NCBI GenBank assembly: GCA_965112155.1
Contig: OZ218099.1
Origin: Podarcis liolepis
Lineage: Eukaryota
DNA length: 64,000 bases
Reading direction: 5' to 3' (one strand)
Shown: positions 12,126-23,830 of the stretch, piece after piece
How positions within the stretch are numbered: position 1 is the first letter of the stretch
Layout of the letters: each line of letters begins with the position of its first letter
Position numbers and translations under genes: made by a program
The notes under the pieces: model-generated
Told to the model about the DNA's origin: nothing
Seen by the model: only the letters and a program-made list of their open reading frames with translations
The model's database searches: none

Positions 12126-12895
12126 CACATAAGTTCCATTTTTTAAAAAACAGAATCAACTTCCTATTCCATTTTCCGCAATGTTTTTCTTATCACCTCC
12201 CACTTTGCTACACCCCCATCTTACCTCTTTTAAAACGTAGTCATAACGCAATAATCTTTCATTGTTCTGTCGCTCGCAGTTCGAAACCTGCATTCACCAT
12301 ACAGCTTTTGGCAAATGCTGAAGACAAGCTTCTTTATTCCTGGCTTTTGGCACCTGAGTCGTGTGTCTTCAGGCCACGACTATAATCCATTCTTGCAACT
12401 ATAACCTGTTTTTTATTCAGAATTTCAAGTTGTTGTAACCTGCCCTGGGACTTGCTGGTGAAGGGCTGTGTTTTTTTTTTAGGAAAAGTACTTTTCAACA
12501 TTTTTTTCCAATTCATTATGAATTTCCTCCCAATACTCTTTTACCACTTTACAGGTCCACCACAAAAAAATGGCAAGTTGACCCCCACCACCTCAATAAA
12601 GTCCCGGCCTATTCCATGGCTTTCCCTCAAGTTGCTATGGCTGTCTTCTACATGCTAGTGATCACTGTAGGAGCACATATGGCTTTGGGTTTTGCCAATG
12701 GACAGGGTTTGTGCGGGGGCACAATTTGTGTGAACCAGCACTTATTAAACCGCTGACATTGGGGCTTCTGACAAGCCACTGTGAAAACAGAATGGTGGAC
12801 CAGAGGAGCCATTATTAGGTTCTTATAAACAGGAACATCTGTCTGTATAAAAGGATCCACACAGTGTTTCAAATAAATGGGGCTTCGGAGCAGTT

Positions 12896-13072
12896 GGGCA
12901 GATCCACACCGTACATTTCAAGAACATTAAACGCACATGACTCCCCCAAAAGAATCCTAGGAACTGTAGTTAGTTAAGCATTCTGCACATTGTAACTCTG
13001 TGAGGGGGAAACTACAGTTCCCAGATTATTAAAAAGATGGGGGGGGGATCATCTGCTTTAGATGTGTGGTGT
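12896..13072. mobile_element. Degraded palindromic MITE (GGGCAGATCCACAC family)
   Basis: Begins gggcagatccacacc and shares internal sequence with 24642-24857. Confidence 0.6.
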
Positions 13073-13849
13073 GCAAAAACATGAGGTCACAAACGCACCA
13101 GCAACCTCATGAGCTTTTCTCACTGCTCTTTGGCGCCTTCATTTGAGAGCCAACTCTTGGTGCTGACAGGATATATGGCTGTTTTGGGGCTACCCTAAAG
13201 CTGAGGAGAAACAGAGCCCCCCCCCTCCCCTTTCCTCGTCTCATCTAGAAAGCGCCTCTATGGGGAAAATATCAAAGAGAGACCAAGAGAATGTCTCTTT
13301 CTCTTTTTTGTCTTTCTGAAGCAAGGTCTTCAGAGGCAGAAGACCTCCATGGGAAAGGAAGAGGGTTTATTTCAGAGCTAGGAGAACAACGAATGACTCA
13401 AGGCGGGGGGAACGGGGATGGATGGACCAAAAGGTACCCCTGCTGCTGTTGCGGCCGCTGCCTATCTTTTTAAAGTCAGTTTCCTTTAGAGCAGGAAGCA
13501 AGCTGTGTAGATGCTTTTAAGAAAGAAGAAGAACTGGTCAACAACTTTTGCACAGGGCACCACATGGGAAGAAGAATCTGTTGGTTCTATTCCAAGGAGA
13601 ACAAAGGGGCAAACAGAGGAGAGGAGTCCTGTTTGTGGGCAGAAGGAGGAGGAGGAATTGAGGGTTTCATTTGTGGAGAAAGAGAAGCAGAGCATCGCTG
13701 ATTCTCCAGAACCTAGAAAACATAGCAGGCAGGGCAGCCGCAAAGGTCGCCAACAAACCGGGAATGGGGGGGGGGGGGAAGCAGCTGGATCTGCTCTTGC
13801 ACGGAAGGTTTGATATGCAGAAATCAGCATAATAGTGCTCATTTGATTA

Positions 13850-14067
13850 CAGTGGTACCTCGGGTTACCTACGCTTCAGGTTACAGACTCTGCTAACCCA
13901 GAAATAGTGCTTCAGGTTAAAAACTTTGCTTCAGGATGAGAACAGAAATCGTGCTCCGGCGGCAGCAGGAGGCCCCATTAGCCAAAGTGGTGCTTCAGGT
14001 TAAGAACAGTTTCAGGTTAAGTACAGACCTCCGGAGCGAATTAAGTACTTAACCCGAGGTACCACTG
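13850..14067. mobile_element. Subfamily 1 MITE, orientation B
   Basis: TIRs cagtggtacctcgggtta / taacccgaggtaccactg; TA TSD. Confidence 0.9.
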
Positions 14068-14514
14068 TATCTAATTAGCAGAGTTCAAATTTACACTCTA
14101 GAACAGTGGCTCTCAAACTTCTTTCTTTGGGGCCATACTTTCAGAACAAAAAACTGCAACTTCATCAGTAGTTTTCATGTCCTAGAGTTACTTATTTTTC
14201 ACCTAAATGTCTGAGTTAATCTCAGACTGGGGCCTGTGGTGCAATTGAATAAAATGTTTTTATTAACTTGTCTTTGAAACTATATGCCTTTCAGTGTTAA
14301 GCTTAATCAGAAGCCCATGTGCTCAGCATGTATTAGAAGACAGAGTTCTTTTTTATGTTTGTTATTAAACTGAGCTTACTAATTGGTCTTTCTGATCATG
14401 CAGATCACTCGATCATTGCCAGGGGCATGGGGAAGCCCCACACATTGGAAGCTGGGAGTGCCCAGCACAGGTAGGAGACACTAACGAATGATAAATCTCC
14501 TCTGTGGTCTGTAC

Positions 14515-14705
14515 AGGAACATAGGAAGCTGCCTTACACTGAGTAAGATCATCGGCCCATCTAGCGCAATGCTGTCTACACTGACTGGCAGCAGCTGTCA
14601 GAGGATCTTTCTCAGCTCTACCTGAGGGACTGAACCTGGATTTATCAGATGGACCTAGATGGACTAGTTGTTCCAACTTGATATAAGGCAGTTTCCCATG
14701 TACTT
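14515..14705. mobile_element. Two old SINE fragments (CCTATGTT-tail family) in opposite orientation
   Basis: aggaacataggaagctgcctta... at left and ...ataaggcagtttcccatgta at right are reverse complements. Confidence 0.5.
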
Positions 14706-14810
14706 ATCCACTGCGGGGGAAACCTAGTAATTTATATGCAGCAGGCGCATTTTTCACTAGTGTTGTCACCTGGCATGCATAGTAAATGTTGACTGGTTGT
14801 CACCCCAATG

Positions 14811-14947
14811 CAGGCATAGGCAAACTCGGCCCTCCAGATGTTTTGGGACTACAATTCCCATCATCCCTGACCACTGGTCCTGTTAGCTAGGGATCATGGG
14901 ATTTGTAGTCCCCAAAACATCTGGAGGGCCGAGTTTGCCTATGCCTG
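14811..14947. mobile_element. Palindromic hAT MITE
   Basis: Long inverted arms caggcataggcaaactcggccctccagatgttttgggactacaa / ttgtagtccccaaaacatctggagggccgagtttgcctatgcctg; imperfect 8-bp TSD ccccaatg/ctctaatg. Confidence 0.9.
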
Positions 14948-15854
14948 CTCTAATGCATGGGGGTTAAAGGGTTCCCCAGTTACAACCCAGAGTTGCTGTA
15001 CATGTCTTTGCAACAAGTGTGGGGAAGCCTGGCCATTGGCCACACTTGCTAGGGCTGATGAGACCTGCAGTTCAGAAACATCTGGACAACCAAAGTTCCC
15101 CAACACCTGCTTTCAAAGTACTATTGCTATGGAAAGTGATGCAGCTGCGGCTTCTCACACCTATTCAGATGGAAACTCTACAGGCACAGACTAATGCAGC
15201 AATGAAGGCAGCCTCATCTGTAGAAATACTAGTTATCATCCAGCTGTAAAGGCGGAGAGGATCCACCAAATGAGCTTGAAAGCCGTATCTCCTAACCCAT
15301 GCTGTGCATCTCCCCTGAAAGCTCGTTAAATAATCCTTGAGCAGCTCTGTATCCTGAAACCTGACTTCTTATCGTTATCCTGCTAGATTGCCATTCTTTT
15401 ATTTGACAGTTTGCTGGATAATAAGTCGGAATGGCTGTCTTAATGGCTATTAATAAAGATACAGGGCCGGCTCTACCATTAGGCAGAGTAAGGCAGGTGG
15501 GGTTGGAGAGTAACAGGGAGGTATCAGGGAGCAAAGCCGTGTGCACTTCATGCATTCCCTGTACCTTCTTAAAGATAGCCTGTTGTGTAGTGGTGGACAT
15601 TGCCCTGTTGCCAGTGTTGGACTAAAACACAACTGCATGTCCGGTTGGCTTCAGTACATGAAATGATGGGTGTGCTATTTTGCCCCATGCAAGAAAAGAT
15701 ATTGGGCATCTTTCCCTTTATTCGATTTAGATACTTATCAGAGCCTAGGGAATGGAATACTGCATCCCATCCCTCTCCAGTTACAGAAAAGGGGTAGGGG
15801 TATGAGGGTGGGGTGGGGAGAAAACAAACTAACAAGCCAAGCATACAATAATTA

Positions 15855-16213
15855 AAGGTAAAGGTAAAGGGACCCCTGACCATTAGGTCCAGTCGTGACC
15901 GACTCTGGAGTTGCGGCGCTCATCTCGGCGCTTTATTGGCCGAGGGAGCCGGCGTACAGCTTCCGGGTCATGTGGCCAGCATGACTAAGCCACTTCTGGC
16001 GAACCAGAGCAGCACACGGAAATGCCATTTACTTTCCCGCTGGAGTGGTACCTATTTATCTACTTGCACTTTGACGTGCTTTCGAACTGCTAGGTTGGCA
16101 GGAGCAGGGACCGAGCAACGGGAGCTCACTCCGTCGCGGGGATTCGAACCGCCAACCTTCTGATCAGCAAGTCCTAGGCTCTGTGGTTTAACCCACAGCA
16201 CCACCCACGTCCC
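15855..16213 (-). mobile_element. Sauria SINE, full length
   Basis: Same family; TSD atacaataatta at 15843-15854 and 16216-16227. Confidence 0.93.
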
Positions 16214-17067
16214 TAATACAATAATTAGAAGTTTGGAAAAGCAAAGAGGTAAAGAGATCACTAGCTGGCAGAAGGCTGATGAGGACTACCAGATATTCTG
16301 CCTCATGGAAACCCCTTCTGTTTGTCTCCACTTCTGCTCTGCTTCAGTATTTGTAAATAAAACAATATTGGGAGTTGGTGCTTCCCCTTGGAACTTCTCA
16401 TTGCTTAGGGGAATAAGCAGCAAGCGCGCTGCAGAATCAAATCAAACAGACCCCCACCTGAGCACCTCTTTAGTCATTGCAATCAGTGTTTCCATTTTGG
16501 AGCCATCTAGCACTCTGACCTCCGCTGGGCTGTTTGCTCGACAGATGCTGGTCGCCCCCCTCCCCTTGGGCTCGTCCCTCCATATTCATTAACTGACCTT
16601 TTTTTGCATTACGGGATTAGATTGGAATCCATGGTCCTCTCGGAATAATAATAAATGTTGCTATTTAAATGACTGTTGTTAAGGCAGAACTTGGCTCGTA
16701 TTTTCAAGGCACCCTCTGTTAGTTCATGGAAATGAACTGCCCACGTGTTAACCATCTAATGTGCCCCACTCGTATCTGTCAATTATTGTTTTACAAAGCT
16801 GAACTGCCAAGGAGGACGTGGAAGGAGAGAAAACGAGGGCTGTACAAATCAAGAGGTTTTCAAAAGCTTAGCAGCTCATCGTATGCTTGTAGCAAAACCT
16901 TTTAATTAAAATGGTGTGATTTTTTCCTTAGACGTTAATAGTAGCAAGGCCCTTGCTCACTCATCTCTCAAGATTCTTTGCTTAAATTATCAGAGCTGTT
17001 GACTGTGAATTTGTACTGTAGAGGAGCAGATATTTATGGTTTGTTTGTTTTTTTAAATAATACTGTA

Positions 17068-17309
17068 CAGTGGTACCTTGTTTCTTGAACTTAATCCGTT
17101 CTGGGAGTCCGTTCGACTCCCGAAACAGTTTGAAAACCAAGGCACGGCTTCCAGTTGGCTGCAGGAGCTTCCTGCACTCAATCAGAAGCTGCGCTGGACG
17201 TTCGGCTTCTGAAAAACGTTCGCAAACCAGAACATTTACTTCTGGGATTGCGGCATTTGGGAGCCGATTTGTTCGGGAGCCAAGCCATTTGAGTACCAAG
17301 GTACTACTC
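17068..17309. mobile_element. Tigger-like MITE, subfamily 2-related
   Basis: ta-cagtggtaccttg ... caaggtactact; interior resembles 3104-3306. Confidence 0.75.
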
Positions 17310-17479
17310 TATTCATCTGTTGAGGTAAGGAAATATTGTGTCGCTGAATTATTATTATTTTTAATCATATTATAAATGAGAAATATGCAGGCTACTCTTT
17401 TGAGCTTGGTAAAAACACCACAGATTCTGACAAAGTGAAGATACTCTGGCGTTCCTGGCTTAGATGCCATAAATCAAAG

Positions 17480-18350
17480 GTGGGGAACAGTGTCTAGTCC
17501 AAGGGCCTTGATTCTTTCTGAGCAACCTTCTGGGGGGTCACATGCTGTTGGTGGGCAGGGCCAGAGAAAAATGTGGGTGGGGCTAATAATGCATTTTTTA
17601 CCTTTCTACAGTAGGCTGGTCTCTGCACACATTTACATACTCTGCTCTATCTTCCATCCAGGCAAGCAAGATGCATGATGCGAGTTAAAGGACACATCCC
17701 AGGCAGGCAAAAATACTCAGAGGATATGAGGTAAGGGCAGGGAGGAGCATGGCCTGGGGAAGAGTCCTGAGGGACAGATAGAGGCTTGGAGGGCCATATT
17801 TTGTCCCCAGGCCACATAGAGTTGCCATATGTCCTCTTTTTCCAGAACACGCCCTCTTTTTCAGGATTTAAATTTCTGTCCAGGTGGATTTTTTAAAATT
17901 TGGCAAAATGCCCTGGGTTTTGTTGTTGTTGTTTGTTTTTGTTGTTTGTTTACAGTAACCAATAATTTTTTAAAAAATGAAAACAATTTTAAAATTCTGA
18001 TGCATCACGCTCCCACCTATGCCGTTTTTCATTAATGGATTGTACATTAATTAAAACGGTTTACTAAATTGTTCTGCGCACACTTACATTCGCAAAAATG
18101 TGAACATCCCAAATACTTTCATGTGGCAAGCGAGGAAGCAAAATATGTATTATTATTATTCTTTTGTTGTTGAAAGTTAAGAACGTTGCTACTAGCAATA
18201 TCTCCAAGCTTCTACAGCCTACATATAGCAGGGGTGATTTAAAATGAGTGTCGTCATAGTGATCCGTAGCTAAAAGTACAAGTCGTCAAATGTGTCCTCT
18301 TTTTTGCTTTTCAAAATACGGCAGCCCTAACTGAGGTTTCCCCACCCATG
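17480..18350. mobile_element. Old hAT-like element (17480-17816, 18331-18350) with a nested TAGGGTTGCC-terminus element (17817-18330)
   Basis: Inner termini tagagttgccatat / atacggcagcccta are inverted repeats; outer ends gtggggaac / gtttccccacccatg. Confidence 0.5.
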
Positions 18351-18810
18351 CCATAAATGAAAGGGTTTCACGTGAACGCAATAGTGAGGGGATGTTCTTA
18401 GATCCAGCCTTCTGCTTGCTAGATAAGCAGGTAGCATCTGTAGCTCCCGGTGCCTTTCACAGTTTTTTTTTCTGGTGTCCCAGCTTTACTCGGGAAGAAA
18501 TGATCAGGCCACAGTTGTTGTAACATAGATCACTGTATGTGTGCATTAAACACTTGCTTTGATGCAGATTGCTAACAGGAGCTGACCTTCAATGCTCCAA
18601 ATGGGGGATATAAGCCCAAGTTTTCCAAAGGACCATCTTCCTTCACATGGTCACCAATTCAGATTCTGCCCAGCAGCCTTTTTCTGTGTCTCTGCCTTCT
18701 GGGCTGAAGTGGTTGCCTTTGCAATGGGAGCTCTTTCCCTCTGTAAATTTACTTGGAGTAGCTACTTTTTATCTTTAAAGTGCCAGGTGGAGGGTATCCT
18801 ATTCTAATTA

Positions 18811-19052
18811 CAGTGGTACCTCGGGTTACAGATGCTTCAGGTTACGTACGCTTCAGGTTACAGACTCCGCTAACCCAGAAGTAGTACCTCGGGTTAAGAA
18901 CTTTGCTTCAGGATGAGAACAGAAATCACGCAGTGTCGGCACGGCGGCAGCAGGAGGCCCCATTAGCTAAAGTGGTGCTTCAGGTTAAGAACACTTTCAG
19001 GTTAAGAACGGACCTCTGGAACAAATTAAGTACTTAACCCGAGGTACTACTG
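18811..19052. mobile_element. Subfamily 1 MITE, orientation B
   Basis: TIRs and TA TSD. Confidence 0.9.
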
Positions 19053-19353
19053 TATTTGCATATGGTAGCTTTTGCTATTTTGACCTCAGTTGTTTTGGAG
19101 TTTTAAATGTTCTGGTTTATTTCTTACATTGCTTTTATAAACCAACATGAAGATGTTTGCACCACAAGTCGGGTGTAAATCCTATCAACGAATAAATTAC
19201 AGGTGCCAGCTATTTTAGTTATTCGCAGCTAGGTAATTTTGGACCCAGGGCTTAATGGTCTTGTAGCAGACGGGGTGGCTCCGTTACTTCAGTTGTGAAG
19301 CAAACAATTTTTCTCTTTCCCCCCTTCTACATTCCTGATGTTCTAATCTAGAG

Positions 19354-19604
19354 CATGGGTAGGCAAACTAAGGCCCAGGGGCCGGATCTGGCCCAATCAC
19401 CTTCTCAATCCGGCCTGCAGACGTTCTGGGAATCAGCATGTTTTTACATGAGTAGAATGTGTCCTTTTATTTAAAATGCATCTCTGGGTTATTTGCGGGG
19501 CATAGGAATTCATTCATATATTGTTTTCAAAATATAGTCTGGCCCCCCACAAAGTTTGAGGGACAGTGGACCAACCCCCTGCTGAAAAAGTTTGCTGACC
19601 CCTG
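19354..19604. mobile_element. hAT-Charlie MITE (OposCharlie1/OC1-like ends)
   Basis: TIRs catgggtaggcaaact / agtttgctgacccctg; 8-bp TSD atctagag/ttctagag (NTCTAGAN is the typical Charlie target); second copy at 40172. Confidence 0.85.
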
Positions 19605-19786
19605 TTCTAGAGGAGCTGGGAAGAGTCTTCAGTCAAATTTCTTTTGTTTGTTTTTTAAAAATGCAGATTCACATTTTCAACTTAAATCATGACTATATGA
19701 ATAAACTGGAATTTGCTTTGGTTGCCTCTGGTGCTAAATGTATTTACTGGGAAGCAAGCCTCATTTTGTTGTAGAAAAGGAAAATA

Positions 19787-20028
19787 CAGTGATACCTCGG
19801 GTTAAGTACCTAATTTGTTCCGGAGGTCCGTTCTTAACCTGAAACTGTTCTTAACCTGAAGCACTACTTTAGCTAATGGGGCCTCCCACTGCCGCCGCAC
19901 CGCCGGAGCATGATTTCTGTTCTCATCCTGAAGCAAAGTTCTTAACCCGAGGTACTATTTCTGGGTTAGTGGAGTCTGTAACCTGAAGCGTATGTAACCT
20001 GAAGCGTATGTAACCCGAGGTACCACTG
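19787..20028. mobile_element. Subfamily 1 MITE, orientation A
   Basis: TIRs and TA TSD. Confidence 0.9.
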
Positions 20029-20077
20029 TAGGTAGAATTCAATGTCGAGCTGAGGTGATCATTCTGCCAGTGCAGCT

Positions 20078-20128
<51 letters not shown>
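20078..20128. repeat. (AGAT)n microsatellite
   Basis: Seen directly. Confidence 0.95.
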
Positions 20129-21153
20129 TTCTTAGAGCAAATGGTTTGTCGGAGTCTATTGGTTCCTGTAGGCTTAGCTGCACAGCCACCAAAAATGTTT
20201 CCTAACTACAGTTCTTGAACTTAAATTCCATTTGAAACACAGAAAAGAGAGTTGATTGTCAAACATTGTTTTGGAATTATATGGTATCCTTATCCTTAGT
20301 CAACGGTATATGACTAAGGAAGGTTTAGATCAAGAATTCCTAACTGAAGAAAGAAAGCTTTCATACACAGAAATAACACACACCCCAATTTGGCAATGTG
20401 CTAATGCCAATTCATAAACCAGAGGGCTTTTATTCTCAGCACAGTCGGTGCATCCCTCAAATTTATAATCCAGGTGCCAAATGGATTTAACAGCTGATAT
20501 CAAAATGGGAGCAAATTACTGTGAGTTGGGATTTTGAAGTTGCTGTGAAAATTATAATATGAAGCGACAAGACAAAGGTTGGAGACTTTTTAAAAAATCA
20601 TTAGTAATAGCAGGTTGCCATCTGTTTTTCTCTGCTCAGCTAAACAGTGATAAAAAAATGTGTGTGTGAGAGAGAGAAGGAATAGAAATTAGATTGCTGA
20701 TCTCTCCACCTCCAGTTAAACTAGCTGCACTGCTTTGTACGCACTAGCTCAATTTTTTAAAAAAAAAAACAAAAAACTGTCAACCAGTTTTTTTATTAAA
20801 AAAAGCAGTGAGAGGAACTGATGGAAATGTGTCTCTATATAAGCAAACACGGAATCTATAACACTGTATCTATAAACATCGACATGTTTGCTGTGTCATA
20901 ACAGAACCAACTTTTTCTAGCTTAGAAAGGGGCGGCTGCTTCAGGGATACAGTCCTTTGTTGTATAAACAGAACAAGTTTCTAGCTCTCTTGGTAATTAA
21001 ATCAAAACATGAGAATGGGGAGGCAGTTTAGAAGAAGAAGTGTGTTTGCTTCAAACAGTCCATGGTTCCATTGGTCTCTTATGCCAGTCCGTGTAGTAGA
21101 GGCAATAGAGGGCTATCTATACTTGGTACTGTATAAGGCAATTAGCTGCTTCT

Positions 21154-21474
21154 GCGTGGGTGGCGCTGTGGGTTAAACCACAGAGCCTAGGACTTGCTGA
21201 TCAGAAAGTCGGCGGCTCCCGTTGCTCGGTCCCGTTTCTCCTGCCAACCTAGCAGTTCGAAAGCACGTCAAAGATAAATAGGTACCGCTCCGGCAGGAAG
21301 GTAAACGGCATTTCTGTGCGCTGCTCTGGTTCGCCAGAAGCGGCTTAGTCATGCTGGCCACATGTCCTGGAAGCTGTACGCCGGCTCCCTCAGCTAATAA
21401 AGCGAGATGAACGCCACAATCCCAGAGTCATCCACGACTGGACCTAATGGTCAGGGGTCCTTTTACCTTTACCT
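21154..21474 (+). mobile_element. Sauria SINE with internal deletions
   Basis: gggtggcgctgtgggttaaaccacagagcctagg ... ggtcaggggtccttttacctttacc; the B-box region is deleted. Confidence 0.9.
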
Positions 21475-21639
21475 ATGACGAGCTGGTGCTAAAGGCACAG
21501 GAGCAGGTCAGCTGGCAACCCTGTATGAAATAATTTATACAGATGAATGATAAGGATTAGTGGAATGGCCGGGCTGCAGGAATGCCAGACGGCTGCAGTT
21601 GTTCTCAAATCAAGCAACCTTCCACCCCACCCCCAATCC

Positions 21640-23830
21640 CTCCCGCGTCACCCGGCCCCTTCTATAGGAAAACCCTCGCATAAGCCAGAGGCATAATCGC
21701 CTCGGGACGCCTCGCTGCTGGCGCATTGACCACGTGCGCTCCGCAACGCGTCATTCTCCCTATGTAAACAAGAGGGCGGGGCTATGCGAAATGAGATCCC
21801 GCCCTTTCTCGAAACTCCAAGCGCGACTCCCACGCCAGGTGCAGAACTTCAAAACGGCGGCGGCGTGGGAGAACTTCGGGATCTTCCTCGTCATAAATCA
21901 CTTTGGGCCGGGTAACCCCTCCCCCCTACCCCGAGCTCGGCTGCTTTGGCGCAAGGTGGGAAAGAGGAGGAAGGGAAGTGGGGGAAAGAAAGACCGAGCC
22001 TGGGCTCGGGGCCTGGAAGGGCGCGGCGTCCCGTCCCATCCCTCTGATCCTGCGGGCAGGCGCAAATCCTCCCGTTTGCACAGCCAACACGTCCGCATCT
22101 TGGAGGAATCCCGGGCGCGACGTGCCTAGCGCCCGCTCCTGGAGGCAGCCTTGGGAAGGGGGAAGGCGCTCCGCTCGCTTCCCACAAGCCGCCCCCGGCC
22201 TGAGCGGGGGACCCACGTGCTCTTCCAGACCCGCAGCCAGCTCGGCGCGCAGTTTCTAGCTAGGCTGCAAAGCTCACCGTCATCCCTGCTCTGCCCTGGC
22301 AAGGAACCGATCGCTGCTCTCTCTCCCTCCCTCTCTCCTCCTCTCTCTCTCCACCGCTCGAGACAGAGTTGCTGCTGGATCCACTGAGTTGGCTTCCCTG
22401 CCACCAGCTCCTGGGCAAACCGCGCTGGAGACGCCGGCCACCGACGCTGCTTCTGCGCCACCGTCCCACGAAGGGGGTCTGGCGGCTCGCCGGAGGTGGG
22501 GAGCCGTTGCGATCGTGGGCTTGGCGACGCCGGAGAATCGCCCCCTATAAAGCGACCTCCCTTGGCAAGGTCACCCGAGGGGAAGAAGAAGAAGGCGCTC
22601 TTCTTCGCAGCGCCCACGCGCGCCCTTGCCGTCTCTTCGGAAAGCGCCAAGGCGACGCGGCTGGCCCGGGGCGCGTGGACGCGGGTTCCTACTGCCCCCT
22701 AAAGCGGTCGTGGCGCGTTCCGCACGCCTTTCGGCTGCAGAGCTTTCCCGCGAAGTTGTGGCCCCTGCGGCGCGCCGGCTTCCCCCGCTTCTCCTCCCTT
22801 TTGCAGGCTCATCTGGGCTTGCAACGCGAGGGGGGATCCTCGACCCGACCCGCCGCTGGATCGCGACTTTTCTTGCTCCTGCAAGCATCGCCCCCCCCCC
22901 CCCAAACACCACCACCACGCATGAAACCTTTTGGCGCTCGATGGTTTTAATCCCGCAGGATTTGCAAGCCGGGAGGGGGCTTCCTCCGCCCTCATGAGGA
23001 AGCAGCAGCAGCAGGGAAGCCCCCCACTTCCATGACCAGGAGGAGGAGGCACCTCTCCTCCATCCGCGGGATGAGTGCGATGTCTGCGACGCTGCCACAG
23101 AAGAAGGGCAGGCGCCTCCCCGCGTGGCGTGGCGCGGCTCCTAGTGGGACTAAGGCGGCGGCAGCAGCAGCAGGAGCTCAATGACCAAAAGGGGCTGAGG
23201 AAGAGTAACCGGGAGGGCTCGCGGGTGAGCGCTCACCTCGCGTGGACTACCAGGGCAGGAGGCGCAAAAGTTTGGCCAAGTTTAGGGCGCGCGCCTAAAA
23301 GGTTTCGAAAGGTCCGGCTCCCCCTTGGCCTGTGCAGTTGGATCGAAGCTACATCAGCGCCAGCATGCCGGTTAGAGGACGCCTCTCATCTCTCGAGGGA
23401 TATTTCCCTTAAGGGGGGGGAATTCTACCCACGCAACAACACCCACCCGGTCTCTGGCTGCAGGAGCCAGCATGGAAGAGGAAGGGGCCAGGCTGCATCG
23501 GCGGCTTTGAAAGTTTGCCAAACACCTCCGAGGTTGCTTTTCTTCCTCCAGCCCCCACCCCCCTCGCCGAAAGAGGAGCGACTGAGAGGAAGGGCAGAGA
23601 GAGGGGGGCAGATCGGGGGTGGGGGGGGGATCGACTAGGGAGTTGGCTGCTTCCAAGCATGGGAGACAGGTTGCCGGAGCCAAGCCGTGCAAACCCTTCT
23701 CCCGCGGTGGCCGCCTGCTCGGAAGCAGAAGCGATCGAGGTCCTGGAATCCGAGGATGTCCTGCCTATGGCTACGGAGGACGTGAGTTTCATTTGATGTC
23801 TCTCCCCCCTCCCCGCCTCCCCCTCCGTTC
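21640..23830 (+). promoter_or_regulatory. RHBDL3: CpG island / promoter and first exon region of RHBDL3
   Basis: Sharp rise in GC and CpG over ~2.2 kb with no recognisable TE; GC box gggcggggc ~21774; E-boxes cacgtg ~21731 and ~22214; TATAAAG 22546-22552; ends just after the exon 1 donor. Confidence 0.85.
23659..23781 (+). CDS. RHBDL3: Rhomboid-like 3 (ventrhoid) coding exon 1
   Basis: agcATGg start; MGDRLPEPSRANPSPAVAACSEAEAIEVLESEDVLPMATED resembles the remembered mammalian N-terminus (...PSPGPAVAACAEAERIEELE...LPAAPED); phase-0 donor GAC|gtgagt at 23782. Confidence 0.92.

Noticed and set aside
21648-23638. Many long overlapping ORFs (up to 193 aa) on both strands in the CpG island
   Set aside because: Low-complexity R/P/G/A-rich translations expected from stop-poor GC-rich DNA; no recognisable domain; most use non-ATG starts.
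23515-23658. 48-codon in-frame extension upstream of the RHBDL3 ATG (TTG start in the ORF track)
   Set aside because: No similarity to RHBDL3 that I know; it runs through poly-G; the ATG at 23659 has good context and matches the orthologous start.
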